Position numbers and translations under genes: made by a program. This document shows, piece after piece, positions 13,787-24,355 of a stretch of 64,000 nt of DNA (within the stretch, counting starts at the first letter, position 1; each line of letters opens with the position of its first letter). The stretch comes from Frisingicoccus sp. (GTDB lineage Bacteria > Bacillota > Clostridia > Lachnospirales > Lachnospiraceae): positions 6,939 to 70,938 of the forward strand of contig NZ_DBGCTU010000024.1 of the NCBI RefSeq assembly GCF_048388605.1, written 5' to 3'. The notes under the pieces are model-generated. The model did not search any database, had not been told where the DNA came from, and saw only the letters and a program-made list of their open reading frames with translations.

Positions 13787-15139
13787 TCAGGCCGGAGGGT
13801 TTATCTTCTTTATTAATATGTCGATGGTATTTTTCAGATTTTCATCGTGTTTTAGATCATCGGATATTTTTTTCTCTCCATGAATAATGGTTGTATGGTC
13901 TTTCTTTCCGAGAGAATTTCCAACAGCCTGCAGGGAATCGGCGGTCATCTTGCGGCATAGGTACATACAGATTTGCCGCGGATAGGCGATTTCTTTATTT
14001 CTTTTGCTGCTTTTTATATCATCCGGAGAGATATGATAATGTTCGGCCACCGTTTCAATAATTAATTCACAGGTAACAGGGCGCCGTTCTTCCGGAGAAA
14101 TAATATTTTCGAGGGCTTCTTTCGTTAATTCGAAATTGATCATTTTTTTGCGAAGTCTTGAAAAATTATAAATCTGCTTCAGGGCGCCTTCCAACTCACG
14201 GATACTGGATTTTATATTTGTGGCGATATAATTTAAGGATTCATCATCCACCTGAATATTATCCAGTTCAGCCCGCTTTTTTAAAATAGCCATACGGGTT
14301 TCATAGTTTGGAGGCTGCACATCGACGGTTAATCCGGCTTTAAATCGCGTGATCAGACGGTCTTCCAAACCGTTGATATCCTTTGGCGGTTTATCGGATG
14401 AAATAACAATCTGTTTTTTGCTTTCATATAAAGTAGTAAATGTGTGGAAGAATTCTTCCTGAGTACTTTCTTTATTTACAATAAACTGAATATCATCGAT
14501 GAGGAGCATATCAATATTCCTGTATTTATTTTTAAAATTCTCTATCTGCTTATGCTGGATAGAATGGACGAGTTCATTGGTAAACTCTTCGGATGTTACA
14601 TATATAATGCGGTAATCCGGATGATTGCCGAGAACATAGTGGGCGATGGAATGGAGTAAATGAGTTTTTCCAAGACCGGCGCCACCATAGATAAATAACG
14701 GGTTTCCATAGATACCGGGATCCTCGGCGACAGCCAGAGCGGTTGCATGGGCAATATCGTTATTTTTTCCAACGACAAAGGTTTCAAATGTATATCTCGG
14801 ATTCAAATGAGCATTCACCAATGATTTTGAATCTGTTTTCCTGTTTTCTTCATCAATATGTTTTTTTTCAGATAAATCAGGAATAATAAACTGAACATCG
14901 AATTCGGTTTCAAGTACTTCAGCAATCGTGATAATTAAAGGCATACGATATTTTTTTGAAAACCAGCTGGAATCCAGGACAAGGTTTTCTTTTTCTATAG
15001 AAACAGTGATCATATTGCCTTCAACCCGATAAGGTTTAAAATATTTGACCCAGGTAGTAAAAGCGACTTCGCTTATATCGTTTTCAATTTTCATTTGTTC
15101 GAGAATATCATTCCATTTTTCTTTTATTAAAGATAACAC
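13787..15139 (-). CDS. dnaA: chromosomal replication initiator DnaA
   Basis: AAA+ Walker A GGAGLGKTHLL, box VII, and a C-terminal HTH (IAYPRQICMYLCRKMT, DHTTIIHG). The start is moved to the GTG at 15139 (VLSLIKEKW), 9 nt after AGGGGGA. Confidence 0.95.
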   Translation of the reverse strand: MLSLIKEKWNDILEQMKIENDISEVAFTTWVKYFKPYRVEGNMITVSIEKENLVLDSSWFSKKYRMPLIITIAEVLETEFDVQFIIPDLSEKKHIDEENRKTDSKSLVNAHLNPRYTFETFVVGKNNDIAHATALAVAEDPGIYGNPLFIYGGAGLGKTHLLHSIAHYVLGNHPDYRIIYVTSEEFTNELVHSIQHKQIENFKNKYRNIDMLLIDDIQFIVNKESTQEEFFHTFTTLYESKKQIVISSDKPPKDINGLEDRLITRFKAGLTVDVQPPNYETRMAILKKRAELDNIQVDDESLNYIATNIKSSIRELEGALKQIYNFSRLRKKMINFELTKEALENIISPEERRPVTCELIIETVAEHYHISPDDIKSSKRNKEIAYPRQICMYLCRKMTADSLQAVGNSLGKKDHTTIIHGEKKISDDLKHDENLKNTIDILIKKINPPA

Positions 15140-15169
15140 AGCATAAAATCCCCCTGAGCATAAATTCAC

Positions 15170-15488
15170 ATATATATTTTATTACAAAAATCAAGAGATA
15201 TCAACATTAAAATTGTGGATAACCCTGTGGATAAATTTTGTTGACAACTTAACATAAAGTGTTTTTTATTTGAATTTATTATGTTAATGTTGACAGGATA
15301 ATTGGATTTTAATCACACTATCAACACGTGATTTTTTGCGAAAATACTGGATTTTGCTGAGTTTAAGAGGATTTATGAACACTTATCCACAAGTTATTCA
15401 CATTATGTGGATAGATTTATGTAAATGTGGGGATAATTGTGTTGATAATCAAGTTATCCACAATTGCAAAAAAATAATCAGGTTTTGC
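15170..15488. promoter_or_regulatory. oriC part 1 (dnaA-rpmH spacer): DnaA-box cluster
   Basis: TGTGGATAA occurs at 15214-15222 and 15226-15234. TTATCCACA occurs at 15383-15391 and 15454-15462. TGTGGATAG lies at 15406-15414. The DNA between the boxes is AT-rich. Confidence 0.8.
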
Positions 15489-15517
15489 TTGACGAGGTTT
15501 GGTGAAATGACTATAAT
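15489..15517 (+). promoter_or_regulatory. sigma-A-type promoter of rpmH
   Basis: TTGACG (15489-15494), a 17-nt spacer, then TATAAT (15512-15517), about 45 nt upstream of the rpmH ATG. Confidence 0.6.
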
Positions 15518-15562
15518 ATAGTAGATATTTTATCTCATTTTTAAAGAGGGAGGTGTTTATAA

Positions 15563-15697
15563 ATGAAGATGACATTTCAGCCTAAAAAGAGACAGAGAAG
15601 TAAAGTTCATGGTTTCAGAAAGAGAATGAGCACTGCTAACGGCAGAAAAGTTTTAGCAGCAAGAAGAGCTAAAGGTAGAAATAAATTATCAGCTTAG
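15563..15697 (+). CDS. rpmH: 50S ribosomal protein L34
   Basis: 44-aa ORF missing from the track: [56 protein letters not shown] lies upstream. Confidence 0.95.
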   Translation: MKMTFQPKKRQRSKVHGFRKRMSTANGRKVLAARRAKGRNKLSA

Positions 15698-15720
15698 GCC
15701 GCAAATTTGTGGCCTTTTTC
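15697..15720 (+). terminator. small hairpin plus T-run between rpmH and rnpA (partial terminator or attenuator)
   Basis: GGCCGCA-AATT-TGTGGCC followed by TTTTT. Confidence 0.45.
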
Positions 15721-15735
15721 TTTAGGAAGAATAGG

Positions 15736-16083
15736 ATGAGATTTTCGGAATCATTGAAGAAGAATCAACAGTTCAGAGCCGTTTATGAGAAGGGAATATC
15801 CTGTGCCGGTCGGCATTTGGTTGTATATAAGTTGGAAAACGGCCTGAAAAGGAATCGTTTGGGGATTTCTGTCAGTAAGAAGGTAGGGAACAGCGTTGTA
15901 AGACATCATCTGGCAAGGCTCATTCGTGAAAATTATCGTTTGAGTGAGGAACTATATAAAGAAGGATACGACATTGTCGTTATTGCCAGAGTTGCTGCAA
16001 AAAAAGCGGATTATCACGTTATTGGAAAAAATCTCAGTCAGTTATCAAAAAAACTGGATTTATTAAAGGACAGCGATATATAA
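15736..16083 (+). CDS. rnpA: ribonuclease P protein component
   Basis: Basic 115-aa protein ([25 protein letters not shown]) downstream of rpmH. The start is set at the ATG at 15736, after AGGAAGAATAGG. Confidence 0.9.
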   Translation: MRFSESLKKNQQFRAVYEKGISCAGRHLVVYKLENGLKRNRLGISVSKKVGNSVVRHHLARLIRENYRLSEELYKEGYDIVVIARVAAKKADYHVIGKNLSQLSKKLDLLKDSDI

Positions 16084-16292
16084 TGAAAAAAGTTTTGATA
16101 GGATGCGTTCGTTTTTACAGAAAATATATTTCGCCATTAAAGCGGCCATGCTGCATTTATGTGCCGACATGCTCACAGTATGCGATCGAAGCACTGGAAA
16201 AGTACGGCGCTGTCAAGGGAAGTTATTTGGCTATAAGAAGAATACTGAGATGCCATCCGTTTCATGAGGGTGGTTATGATCCGGTTCCCTGA
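16083..16292 (+). CDS. yidD: membrane protein insertion efficiency factor YidD
   Basis: 69-aa ORF with the YidD motif CRFYPTCSQYA-like sequence ([32 protein letters not shown]). Confidence 0.92.
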   Translation: MKKVLIGCVRFYRKYISPLKRPCCIYVPTCSQYAIEALEKYGAVKGSYLAIRRILRCHPFHEGGYDPVP

Positions 16293-16311
16293 ATTAAGGA
16301 GGAAATAGAAC

Positions 16312-17577
16312 ATGGATGTAATTGTTCTTACAAAAGTTGGAGGTATCCTAGGACCATTCGCATTGATTTTTGGTCTAGTCATGAATGCGATTTATGAGCT
16401 TCTTGATTTGGTGGGGATACCAAATGTTGCGTTGACGATCATTTTATTTACATTGATCGCAAATATTTTAATGCTGCCGCTGACGATCAAACAGCAGCGT
16501 TATTCAAGAGTATCTGCTCTTGTCACACCTGAAATTCAGAAAATAAACAAGAAATATAAAGGAAAGACCGATGAGGTTTCTCAGCGCCGTATGCAGGCTG
16601 AAACAATGGAAGTCTATAAAAAATACGGTGCGAGCCCATCTTCCGGCTGTCTTCCGTTATTAATTTCTTTTCCGATTTTGTTAGCATTGTATCGGATTAT
16701 TTATAATATTCCGTCCTATGTTAATTCGATCCATGATCTGTTTATGACCATTGCCGAGCCGATTCAGACGACCACGAATGGTGCGGCGATCATGGAAACT
16801 CTGATGGATGAGCTGAACATCGTTGTCAGCAAATTTGACTTTGAGAATGTTGAGAAGATTATTGATGCGTTAAATGGTGTAAAGACCACCGGATGGGATA
16901 CGGTAGCCAATGCTTTTGCATCTAATCCGGATGTGGTTCAGGCCATTGATAAAGTGAAAGATACGATCATCAGTATTAACTCTATGCCGGGCGGATTGAA
17001 TGTCATGGATGCGCCGGTACATTTTTCTCAGGGTGTTGCCGGAATCTTTCCGGGAATCCTGATTCCGATCCTGGCCGGAGTGACTCAGTATGTCAGCGTT
17101 AAGATTACAACGCCGAAAACAAATAATACGGCTCAGGAGAATGACATGGGTCAGTCCATGAAGATGATGAATAACATTATGCCGTTGATTTCTGTGTGGA
17201 TCTGTTTCACGCTGCCGGTCGGTGTCGGACTTTACTGGGTATGCAACTCCGTATTCCGTACATTGATGGTTGTGATCGTCAATCGTTTCTTTAATAATAA
17301 AGATATTGATGAGCTGGTAAAGGAAAATGCGGAAAAAGTGGCGGAACGCAAGGGCAAACCGACATTCACTGAAAAGCTTATGGCGAGCAGCGCTTCGGCC
17401 GCTCAGCAGGAAGAAACAAAGAAATATCAGTCGATGAGCGATATAGCCAAGGCAAACCGTTCCAAAAAAGATTATACGCCAAAGAACTATAAGCCGGTGG
17501 ATAAAGATGCACCTGTAAATACAGACAGTATTTCATCGATTGCCCATATGTTGGACAGAAATAAAAATGATGATTAA
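16312..17577 (+). CDS. yidC: membrane insertase YidC/Oxa1 family (SpoIIIJ-like)
   Basis: Polytopic ORF with YidC motifs (MQAETMEVYKKYGASPSSGCLPLLISFPILLALY, LPVGVGLYWVCNS) in the conserved position. Confidence 0.9.
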   Translation: MDVIVLTKVGGILGPFALIFGLVMNAIYELLDLVGIPNVALTIILFTLIANILMLPLTIKQQRYSRVSALVTPEIQKINKKYKGKTDEVSQRRMQAETMEVYKKYGASPSSGCLPLLISFPILLALYRIIYNIPSYVNSIHDLFMTIAEPIQTTTNGAAIMETLMDELNIVVSKFDFENVEKIIDALNGVKTTGWDTVANAFASNPDVVQAIDKVKDTIISINSMPGGLNVMDAPVHFSQGVAGIFPGILIPILAGVTQYVSVKITTPKTNNTAQENDMGQSMKMMNNIMPLISVWICFTLPVGVGLYWVCNSVFRTLMVVIVNRFFNNKDIDELVKENAEKVAERKGKPTFTEKLMASSASAAQQEETKKYQSMSDIAKANRSKKDYTPKNYKPVDKDAPVNTDSISSIAHMLDRNKNDD

Positions 17578-17605
17578 TTTGCTGTTTTTATTGGAGGAAT
17601 AAAAG

Positions 17606-18289
17606 ATGGATTATATAGAAGTTACAGGGAAAACAGTGGATGATGCGATTACGAATGCGTTAATTCAGTTAGAAACAACCAGTGATAAGATTGAATATGA
17701 AATTATTGAAAAGGGAAGCAATGGTTTTCTCGGATTGATCGGCAAACAAGATGCAGTGATTAAAGTTCGTAAAAAAAGTAATCTTATAGATGATACATAC
17801 GAATTTTTAAATAAACTGTTTGCCGCAATGAATATGGAAGTTAAATCAGAAATTGATTATAATGAAGAGAATCGGACAATGAATATTGATTTTTCCGGTG
17901 ATGAGATGGGGATTTTGATTGGAAAAAGAGGACAGACTCTGGATTCTCTTCAGTATTTGATCAGCCTTGTAGTCAATAAAGAGAGCGACGCTTATATTAA
18001 AGTAAAGGTGGATACCGAAGATTATAGAGAGCGCCGTAAACAGACACTTGAAAATCTGGCAAAGAACCTGTCTTATAAGGTAAAAAGGACGCGTCGGCCG
18101 GTGACATTGGAACCGATGAATCCTTATGAGCGCCGGATTATTCATTCCGCTCTGCAGAATGACCGTTATGTGGAGACCCACAGCGAGGGTGACGAGCCTT
18201 ACCGCAAGGTAGTCATTACATTGAAACGGCGGGAAAACAGAGAGTATCGTAAGGACTACAATAAAAATTATAAAGAGAAAAACGATTAA
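17606..18289 (+). CDS. jag: Jag/KhpB RNA-binding protein (Jag_N, KH, R3H)
   Basis: 227-aa ORF with KH (GILIGKRGQTLDSLQYL) and R3H (LEPMNPYERRIIHSAL) motifs, in the conserved position after yidC. Confidence 0.9.
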   Translation: MDYIEVTGKTVDDAITNALIQLETTSDKIEYEIIEKGSNGFLGLIGKQDAVIKVRKKSNLIDDTYEFLNKLFAAMNMEVKSEIDYNEENRTMNIDFSGDEMGILIGKRGQTLDSLQYLISLVVNKESDAYIKVKVDTEDYRERRKQTLENLAKNLSYKVKRTRRPVTLEPMNPYERRIIHSALQNDRYVETHSEGDEPYRKVVITLKRRENREYRKDYNKNYKEKND

Positions 18290-18294
18290 TACGG

Positions 18295-18334
18295 ATTGCC
18301 CCCTTCTTTGAATGAAAGACGGGGGCAATTTTTG
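18295..18334 (+). terminator. intrinsic terminator after jag
   Basis: The 15-nt arms ATTGCCCCCTTCTTT and AAAGACGGGGGCAAT have one mismatch and are followed by TTTTT. Confidence 0.7.
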
Positions 18335-18348
18335 GAAAGGAGTTTATC

Positions 18349-19725
18349 ATGGTTGCAGATACCATAGCTGCAATATCTTCGGGAATGACCCCTTCAGGTA
18401 TCGGGAAGGTGCGTTTGAGCGGAGATTCCGCGATTGAAATTGCAGATCGTATTTATAAAAGTCCAAAGGGAAAAAAATCATTGAAAAATGTACCGTCCCA
18501 CACGATACATTATGGATATATATATGATGGCGGTCAAATGATTGACGAGGTACTTGTTTTGATCATGAAGGCTCCAAATAGTTATACAAGGGAAGATGTC
18601 GTTGAAATTGACTGTCATGGCGGCGTTGTGGTTATGAAAAAAATTTTGGAAACAGCCATAAAATACGGCGCCCGTCCGGCGGAACCGGGCGAATTTACAA
18701 AGCGGGCCTTTTTAAACGGACGTATTGATTTATCACAGGCAGAAGCTGTTATTGATATTATTAATTCAAAAAATGAGTATGCTTTGAACAGTTCAGTTCA
18801 TCAGCTTCAGGGTAATCTGTTAAATCAGATTAAAGAAGTGAGGAAAAGTATCATCGGGAGCATTGCTTTTATTGAAGCGGCCCTGGATGATCCGGAGCAT
18901 ATCAATGCAGATGATTATGGGATAACATTAAAAAAACAAATTGATGTTCATATTGACGTTTTGCAGAAGTTATTGAAATCCTGCGATGATGGCCGTCTTT
19001 TAAAAGAGGGTATAAAAACGGTTATTTTAGGAAAGCCAAATGCAGGAAAGTCTTCTCTGTTGAATTATCTTTCCGGCGAAGAGAGAGCTATCGTTACAGA
19101 GATTGCCGGGACAACGAGGGATGTTCTTGAGGAAACTGTGCAGGTGGACGGTATATTGCTTAATGTGATCGATACGGCAGGAATAAGGGATACAGAGGAC
19201 AGGGTAGAAAAAATTGGCGTTGAGAAGGCAAAGAAATATGCCGCCGAAGCCGATTTGATCATCTATATTGTGGATGGTTCTACAATAATAGATGAAAACG
19301 ACCTGGAAATTCTGGAATTGATTCGTGACAGAAAGACAATTATACTGTTAAATAAAATTGACCTGGATTTAAAAACGACAAAATCAGCCATTGAGAAAGT
19401 GACTGATCATCCGATTGTGGAAGTATCCGTTAAAAACAGACAGGGATTGGAAGATTTTTCTGAACTCATTCGTCAAATGTTTTTTGACGGTAAGCTGACA
19501 TTTAATGATCAGATATATATAACGAATGTCCGGCATAAAGCGGCGATTCAGGAAGCTGTGGACAGTTTGAATATGGTGCTTCAAAGTATTGAAGACGGCA
19601 TGCCGGAGGATTTCTTCTCTATTGATTTAATGAATGCTTATGAAGCTCTTGGAAAAATTATCGGGGAATCTGTTGGGGAAGATTTGATAAATACCATATT
19701 CAGTGATTTCTGTATGGGAAAATAG
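18349..19725 (+). CDS. mnmE: tRNA modification GTPase MnmE
   Basis: 458-aa ORF with the G-domain [18 protein letters not shown] and NKIDL motifs and the C-terminal FCMGK motif. Confidence 0.95.
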   Translation: MVADTIAAISSGMTPSGIGKVRLSGDSAIEIADRIYKSPKGKKSLKNVPSHTIHYGYIYDGGQMIDEVLVLIMKAPNSYTREDVVEIDCHGGVVVMKKILETAIKYGARPAEPGEFTKRAFLNGRIDLSQAEAVIDIINSKNEYALNSSVHQLQGNLLNQIKEVRKSIIGSIAFIEAALDDPEHINADDYGITLKKQIDVHIDVLQKLLKSCDDGRLLKEGIKTVILGKPNAGKSSLLNYLSGEERAIVTEIAGTTRDVLEETVQVDGILLNVIDTAGIRDTEDRVEKIGVEKAKKYAAEADLIIYIVDGSTIIDENDLEILELIRDRKTIILLNKIDLDLKTTKSAIEKVTDHPIVEVSVKNRQGLEDFSELIRQMFFDGKLTFNDQIYITNVRHKAAIQEAVDSLNMVLQSIEDGMPEDFFSIDLMNAYEALGKIIGESVGEDLINTIFSDFCMGK

Positions 19726-19735
19726 GAGGCTTTTT

Positions 19736-21634
19736 ATGTCTTATACTTATGAAGATTATGATGTTGCAGTGATCGGCGCCGGACATGCCGGCTGCGAGGC
19801 AGCTTTGGCCTGCGCGCGTCTTGGATTAAAAACCATTGTATTTACGGTAAGCGTTGAAAGTATTGCCTTGATGCCGTGTAATCCAAATATCGGCGGAAGT
19901 TCAAAGGGACATCTTGTGCGTGAGATCGATGCTCTCGGCGGTCAGATGGGAAAGACGATTGATCAGACTTTTATACAATCGAAAATGCTTAATAAATCAA
20001 AAGGACCTGCGGTTCATTCTTTGCGAGCTCAGGCAGATAAGCAGGATTATACAGCCTTCATGCGCCGTACACTGGAAAATCAGGAGAATTTGACGGTGAA
20101 ACAGGCGGAGATTATTGATATTCTGACAGAGGATGGGCATGTGTCCGGCGTAGTAACACATACAGGAGGAATTTATCCGTGCAGAGCGGTAATTCTTGCT
20201 ACTGGTGTTTATTTAAAAGCAAGATGCCTTTGCGGTGAATCTATTACTTATACCGGCCCGAACGGGCTTCAGGCGGCGACTCATCTTTCAGAAAGTTTAA
20301 AACGTCTCGGCATCGAACTTGTGCGGTTTAAGACGGGAACTCCGGCACGTATTGATAAACGGAGTATTGATTTTAGTAAAATGGAAGAACAGTTTGGTGA
20401 TGAAACAGTTGTACCATTTTCCTTTACAACCAATCCTGAGGATGTTCAGAAGGAACAGGTATCCTGCTGGCTGACTTATACAAATGAGAAGACGCATGAA
20501 ATTATCCGTTCAAATCTGGATCGTTCGCCGATTTATGCGGGAGTGATCGAGGGAGTTGGACCGCGATACTGTCCTTCTATTGAAGATAAGGTGGTTAAAT
20601 TTGCGGATAAAAACCGGCATCAGGTGTTTATTGAGCCGGAAGGAAATTATACAAATGAAATGTATATCGGCGGCATGTCTAGTTCTCTCCCTGAAGATGT
20701 TCAGTATCGGATGTATCGAACGGTGCCGGGCCTTGAAAATGCCCGGATCGTGCGGAATGCTTATGCCATTGAATATGATTGTATTCCGGCGACACAGCTT
20801 AAATCCACATTGGAATTTAAGCAGGTGGAAGGACTTTTTTCCGGCGGTCAGTTTAATGGCAGTTCGGGCTATGAGGAGGCTGCAGCTCAGGGATTGATGG
20901 CCGGAATCAACGCATCCATGAAGCTTCTCGGAAAAGAGCAGATTGTATTAAAACGTTCAGAAGCTTATATCGGTGTTCTGATCGATGATTTAGTGACAAA
21001 AGAAACCCATGAACCTTATCGAATGATGACTTCAAGGGCCGAATACAGGCTGCTTCTGCGCCAGGATAATGCAGATATGCGGTTAACGCCGATCGGACAT
21101 CAGGTTGGATTGATTTCGGATGAACGATATGAAGCTCTTTTGAGTAAGAAAGCAATGATTGAGAAAGAAATAGAACGGGTGAATCATGTGATGATCGGAG
21201 GTTCAAAAGAGGTACAGGAATTCCTTGAGGAACATCACAGTACAGCCTTAAAGACCGCCCTTTCTCTGGCTGAATTGATTCGGCGGCCGGAACTTTCTTA
21301 TGAGATTTTGGAGCCTTTGGATAAGGAGAGAAAACCTTTGCCTGCAGGAGTTATTGAACAGGTAAATATTAATGTTAAGTATGAGGGATATATCACCCGG
21401 CAACTGAGACAAGTGGAACAGTTTAAAAAAATGGAAGTTAAATTAATCCCGGAGGCGTTGGATTATAATGATATCAGCGGTTTAAGAATTGAAGCCCGGC
21501 AGAAATTATCTGCTGTACGTCCTCATTCAGTGGGTCAGGCTTCCCGTATTTCCGGTGTTACCCCAGCGGATATCTCCGTGTTATTAATTTACATGGAACA
21601 GTTTAATCGGTCTCATCGAAAGGATTCCATATGA
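19736..21634 (+). CDS. mnmG: tRNA uridine 5-carboxymethylaminomethyl modification enzyme MnmG
   Basis: FAD motif [12 protein letters not shown], plus [11 protein letters not shown]. The start is at the ATG at 19736, after AGGAGG. Confidence 0.95.
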   Translation: MSYTYEDYDVAVIGAGHAGCEAALACARLGLKTIVFTVSVESIALMPCNPNIGGSSKGHLVREIDALGGQMGKTIDQTFIQSKMLNKSKGPAVHSLRAQADKQDYTAFMRRTLENQENLTVKQAEIIDILTEDGHVSGVVTHTGGIYPCRAVILATGVYLKARCLCGESITYTGPNGLQAATHLSESLKRLGIELVRFKTGTPARIDKRSIDFSKMEEQFGDETVVPFSFTTNPEDVQKEQVSCWLTYTNEKTHEIIRSNLDRSPIYAGVIEGVGPRYCPSIEDKVVKFADKNRHQVFIEPEGNYTNEMYIGGMSSSLPEDVQYRMYRTVPGLENARIVRNAYAIEYDCIPATQLKSTLEFKQVEGLFSGGQFNGSSGYEEAAAQGLMAGINASMKLLGKEQIVLKRSEAYIGVLIDDLVTKETHEPYRMMTSRAEYRLLLRQDNADMRLTPIGHQVGLISDERYEALLSKKAMIEKEIERVNHVMIGGSKEVQEFLEEHHSTALKTALSLAELIRRPELSYEILEPLDKERKPLPAGVIEQVNINVKYEGYITRQLRQVEQFKKMEVKLIPEALDYNDISGLRIEARQKLSAVRPHSVGQASRISGVTPADISVLLIYMEQFNRSHRKDSI

Positions 21635-22338
21635 ATAAATTTGAAAAATCATTAGAAAAATTAAATATTCATCTTAATGAGAAACAAATGTATCAATTTA
21701 TGCAATATTATGAAATGCTGATTGAAACAAATAAAGTAATGAATCTGACAGCGATTACAGAGTATGATGAAGTTGTTGATAAGCACTTTGTTGATAGTCT
21801 TTCTCTGATTCAGGCTATTGATCTGAATCAGCCATTAAAAGTTATTGATGTGGGTACCGGGGCAGGATTTCCCGGAATACCTTTAAAAATTGCTTTTCCT
21901 CAATTAAAGATTGTTTTGCTGGATTCTTTGAATAAGAGGATCAATTTTCTCAATCGGGTTATAGAGACTTTGAAATTGACAGATATGGAGACAATTCATG
22001 GACGGGCCGAAGATTTTGGCAGAAATCCACGGTATAGAGAACAGTTTGATCTGTGTGTATCACGGGCGGTAGCTAATTTATCCACATTATCCGAATATTG
22101 TCTTCCATTTGTTCAGATCGGCGGACGCTTTATTTCATATAAATCAGGAAGGATAAAGGAAGAGATGGAAGCTTCACAGAAAGCCGTGACTCTGCTTGGC
22201 GGCCATATCGACCAATGTTTGTCTTACACTCTGGCCGATACAGATATAGAAAGATCTCTTGTGATTATTGAAAAAGTGAAGCTTACAAAAAAGGCTTACC
22301 CACGAAAAGCGGGTAAGCCTTCGAAAGAGCCTTTATAA
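21631..22338 (+). CDS. rsmG: 16S rRNA (guanine527-N7)-methyltransferase RsmG
   Basis: 235-aa ORF with the SAM-binding motif [15 protein letters not shown], in the conserved position after mnmG. Confidence 0.93.
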   Translation: MNKFEKSLEKLNIHLNEKQMYQFMQYYEMLIETNKVMNLTAITEYDEVVDKHFVDSLSLIQAIDLNQPLKVIDVGTGAGFPGIPLKIAFPQLKIVLLDSLNKRINFLNRVIETLKLTDMETIHGRAEDFGRNPRYREQFDLCVSRAVANLSTLSEYCLPFVQIGGRFISYKSGRIKEEMEASQKAVTLLGGHIDQCLSYTLADTDIERSLVIIEKVKLTKKAYPRKAGKPSKEPL

Positions 22339-23190
22339 ATTATTGTTTTCATTAATCATGGCAGCTTTCATAATTTCCACAGGAGCATCCAATCCTGTCC
22401 AAAGTTTAAAGCTGACTGCAGCCTGATTAATCAGCATGGAAAATCCATCAAGTGTTTTACATCCGCAGGCCTGTGCTCTGGCCATAAACCGTGTGTGCAG
22501 TGGATTTGGAATGATGTCGCAGACAACGGTACTGGATTTTAATGTATAATAATTAATATCTGGTACATTTGTATCAGGATATAAACCGATGGATGTACAA
22601 TTAACAAGAATATCTGTATCTTCATCGACATCATAACAGCCTTCCCAGAGTGCAAATTCTGCGTGGGCTGTTGTTTTTTCATTGATCAAGCGAACCAGAG
22701 TTTCTCCGCGGGATTTTGTCCGATTAACGATAATAATCTTTTCTGCTCCTGCCAGGGCCAGTTCTACTGCGATAGCTCTTGCTGCTCCGCCGGCGCCAAG
22801 TATTACGGCTTTTTTTCCGGAAATTTCAATGTGATCATCTATGAGAGATTTGATAAATCCCTTTCCATCCGTATTTTCTCCGATCATTTTTCCATGGTCT
22901 TCATACACAGTGTTTACAGCGCCAATAAGAGCTGCCGTATCCGTTAAGCGGTCAAGATATGGAATAACGGCTACTTTATGGGGAATTGTAATATGGGTTC
23001 CTTTCATATGAAGCGCCTTCAGTGCTTTTACGGCTGTTTCCAAATCTTCAGGATATACAAGTATTGTATTATACCTATAATTTAATCCGAGTGCCTTAAA
23101 AGCTGCTTCAATGATAACAACTGTTGGATTTTCATCCACCGGGCAGCCAAAGAGACCGATTAATTCACTTCGATAGCATTTTTCAGACAT
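22333..23190 (-). CDS. aroE: shikimate/quinate dehydrogenase family protein
   Basis: Contains TIPHKVAV, NTDGKGF and the Rossmann motif ILGAGGAARAI. The start is at the ATG at 23190 (MSEKCY), after AAGGAG. Its 3' end overlaps the convergent rsmG stop by 6 nt. Confidence 0.8.
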   Translation of the reverse strand: MSEKCYRSELIGLFGCPVDENPTVVIIEAAFKALGLNYRYNTILVYPEDLETAVKALKALHMKGTHITIPHKVAVIPYLDRLTDTAALIGAVNTVYEDHGKMIGENTDGKGFIKSLIDDHIEISGKKAVILGAGGAARAIAVELALAGAEKIIIVNRTKSRGETLVRLINEKTTAHAEFALWEGCYDVDEDTDILVNCTSIGLYPDTNVPDINYYTLKSSTVVCDIIPNPLHTRFMARAQACGCKTLDGFSMLINQAAVSFKLWTGLDAPVEIMKAAMINENNNL

Positions 23191-23203
23191 TTTCAGACTC
23201 CTT

Positions 23204-24154
23204 TCAGGATAAATAAATGGAACAAAGGGAAGCGAAAGATTCAGTTTGTTCAATATGAGGATATTGTTTACAATTATCGATTAATTCTGCTTCGATTGAA
23301 GGATTAAATGTTATATAATCATGCAGTGTATTTTCAATATCTTTTAAATCTTTTCCTCCGATAATATATATTGAGTGATTTAATTTTTTTAATGCGTGGA
23401 GCATATTAATATTGGTAAAATGGCTGCGTTCGCTGGCAAAGAAATATCTGGCCGACGGGCCGCCAAGATGGCTGGCTTCATACATTGTATCCACATCCTT
23501 TTGCATGTGGATATCCGGATAAAGTATTTTATTCTTATAATCCTTAAATATTCGGCCATAGGATGTAACCATATTGTAAATAGTTGTTCCAATCAGCGGA
23601 AGTTCAATTAAATATTTGAGCGTTTTCTGATTAGTTTTTGGATATTTGGCCATTTCTTTCATCGAAGAAGGATTTACCATTATTATACGATGGTACAGAT
23701 CCGGTTCGCTATAGCATCCCATAATGGCGATATTTGATGATGAACCGCTTGTAATTACATCTGTTTTGGCGCCAATAACATCTTTAATGAAATTATTAAC
23801 CAACTGGACATAGATATAATTTGTATATGTCATTTTAGGTTTTTCCGAACGGCCGCAGCCGATCAGATCAAGGGCATAAACCGTATGATTTTTGGATAAA
23901 TGATTGATTAAAAACTTCCATTCGGCGGCGGAGGCAGTACATTTTAATTCATGAATTAAAAGAATAGGTGATCCGCAGCCTTTTTTTGTATAGAAAATAT
24001 TTCCGAATCTCCAGGAATATTGATATTTGTTTTCGCAGAACAGCATATCCTTCATTCCGGCCCGGAGAAAAGTAATTTTATTAATACCCCATGTTGTAAG
24101 AAGTACGGTGGAGGAAATTATTCCTGCATTCAGGAGTTTTTTATATTTTTTCAT
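23204..24154 (-). CDS. alpha/beta-fold hydrolase with an N-terminal membrane anchor
   Basis: 316-aa ORF with an N-terminal hydrophobic helix. It has an alpha/beta hydrolase layout (PILLIHEL, the nucleophile-elbow-like TSGSS, and a C-terminal H). Confidence 0.6.
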   Translation of the reverse strand: MKKYKKLLNAGIISSTVLLTTWGINKITFLRAGMKDMLFCENKYQYSWRFGNIFYTKKGCGSPILLIHELKCTASAAEWKFLINHLSKNHTVYALDLIGCGRSEKPKMTYTNYIYVQLVNNFIKDVIGAKTDVITSGSSSNIAIMGCYSEPDLYHRIIMVNPSSMKEMAKYPKTNQKTLKYLIELPLIGTTIYNMVTSYGRIFKDYKNKILYPDIHMQKDVDTMYEASHLGGPSARYFFASERSHFTNINMLHALKKLNHSIYIIGGKDLKDIENTLHDYITFNPSIEAELIDNCKQYPHIEQTESFASLCSIYLS

Positions 24155-24355
24155 GTCATTAAATCTCCTTTAAATAAATGTTTTGGTTACTTACTATTAT
24201 AAAGTAAATATTATGCATATACAAATATTTTTTAATGGATATTTTTCCAAATATGTTGTACAATATTTGTATCTGTCTAAAATAGCAGGAAAAATACTTA
24301 TTTCCTTTATATTTTTTAATGTTAGAATAATATAACAAAAGGGGTAAATTATAAA

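Noticed and set aside
17846-18328. 160-aa minus-strand ORF opposite jag. Similar long antisense ORFs lie opposite gyrA (7194-7859), integrase (31453-32049) and the kinase (56784-57335, 57648-58160).
   Set aside because: Each lies opposite a gene with unambiguous conserved motifs. None has an RBS or a recognisable domain.
22333-22338. The 6-nt overlap of the convergent rsmG and aroE stop regions as a regulatory feature.
   Set aside because: Such overlaps are common in compact genomes, and I see no hairpin or other signal attached to it.
24155-24355. Possible T-box leader upstream of argS.
   Set aside because: The spacer is only about 200 nt and almost entirely A/T. I could not find a specifier hairpin, a T-box sequence or a terminator/antiterminator pair.
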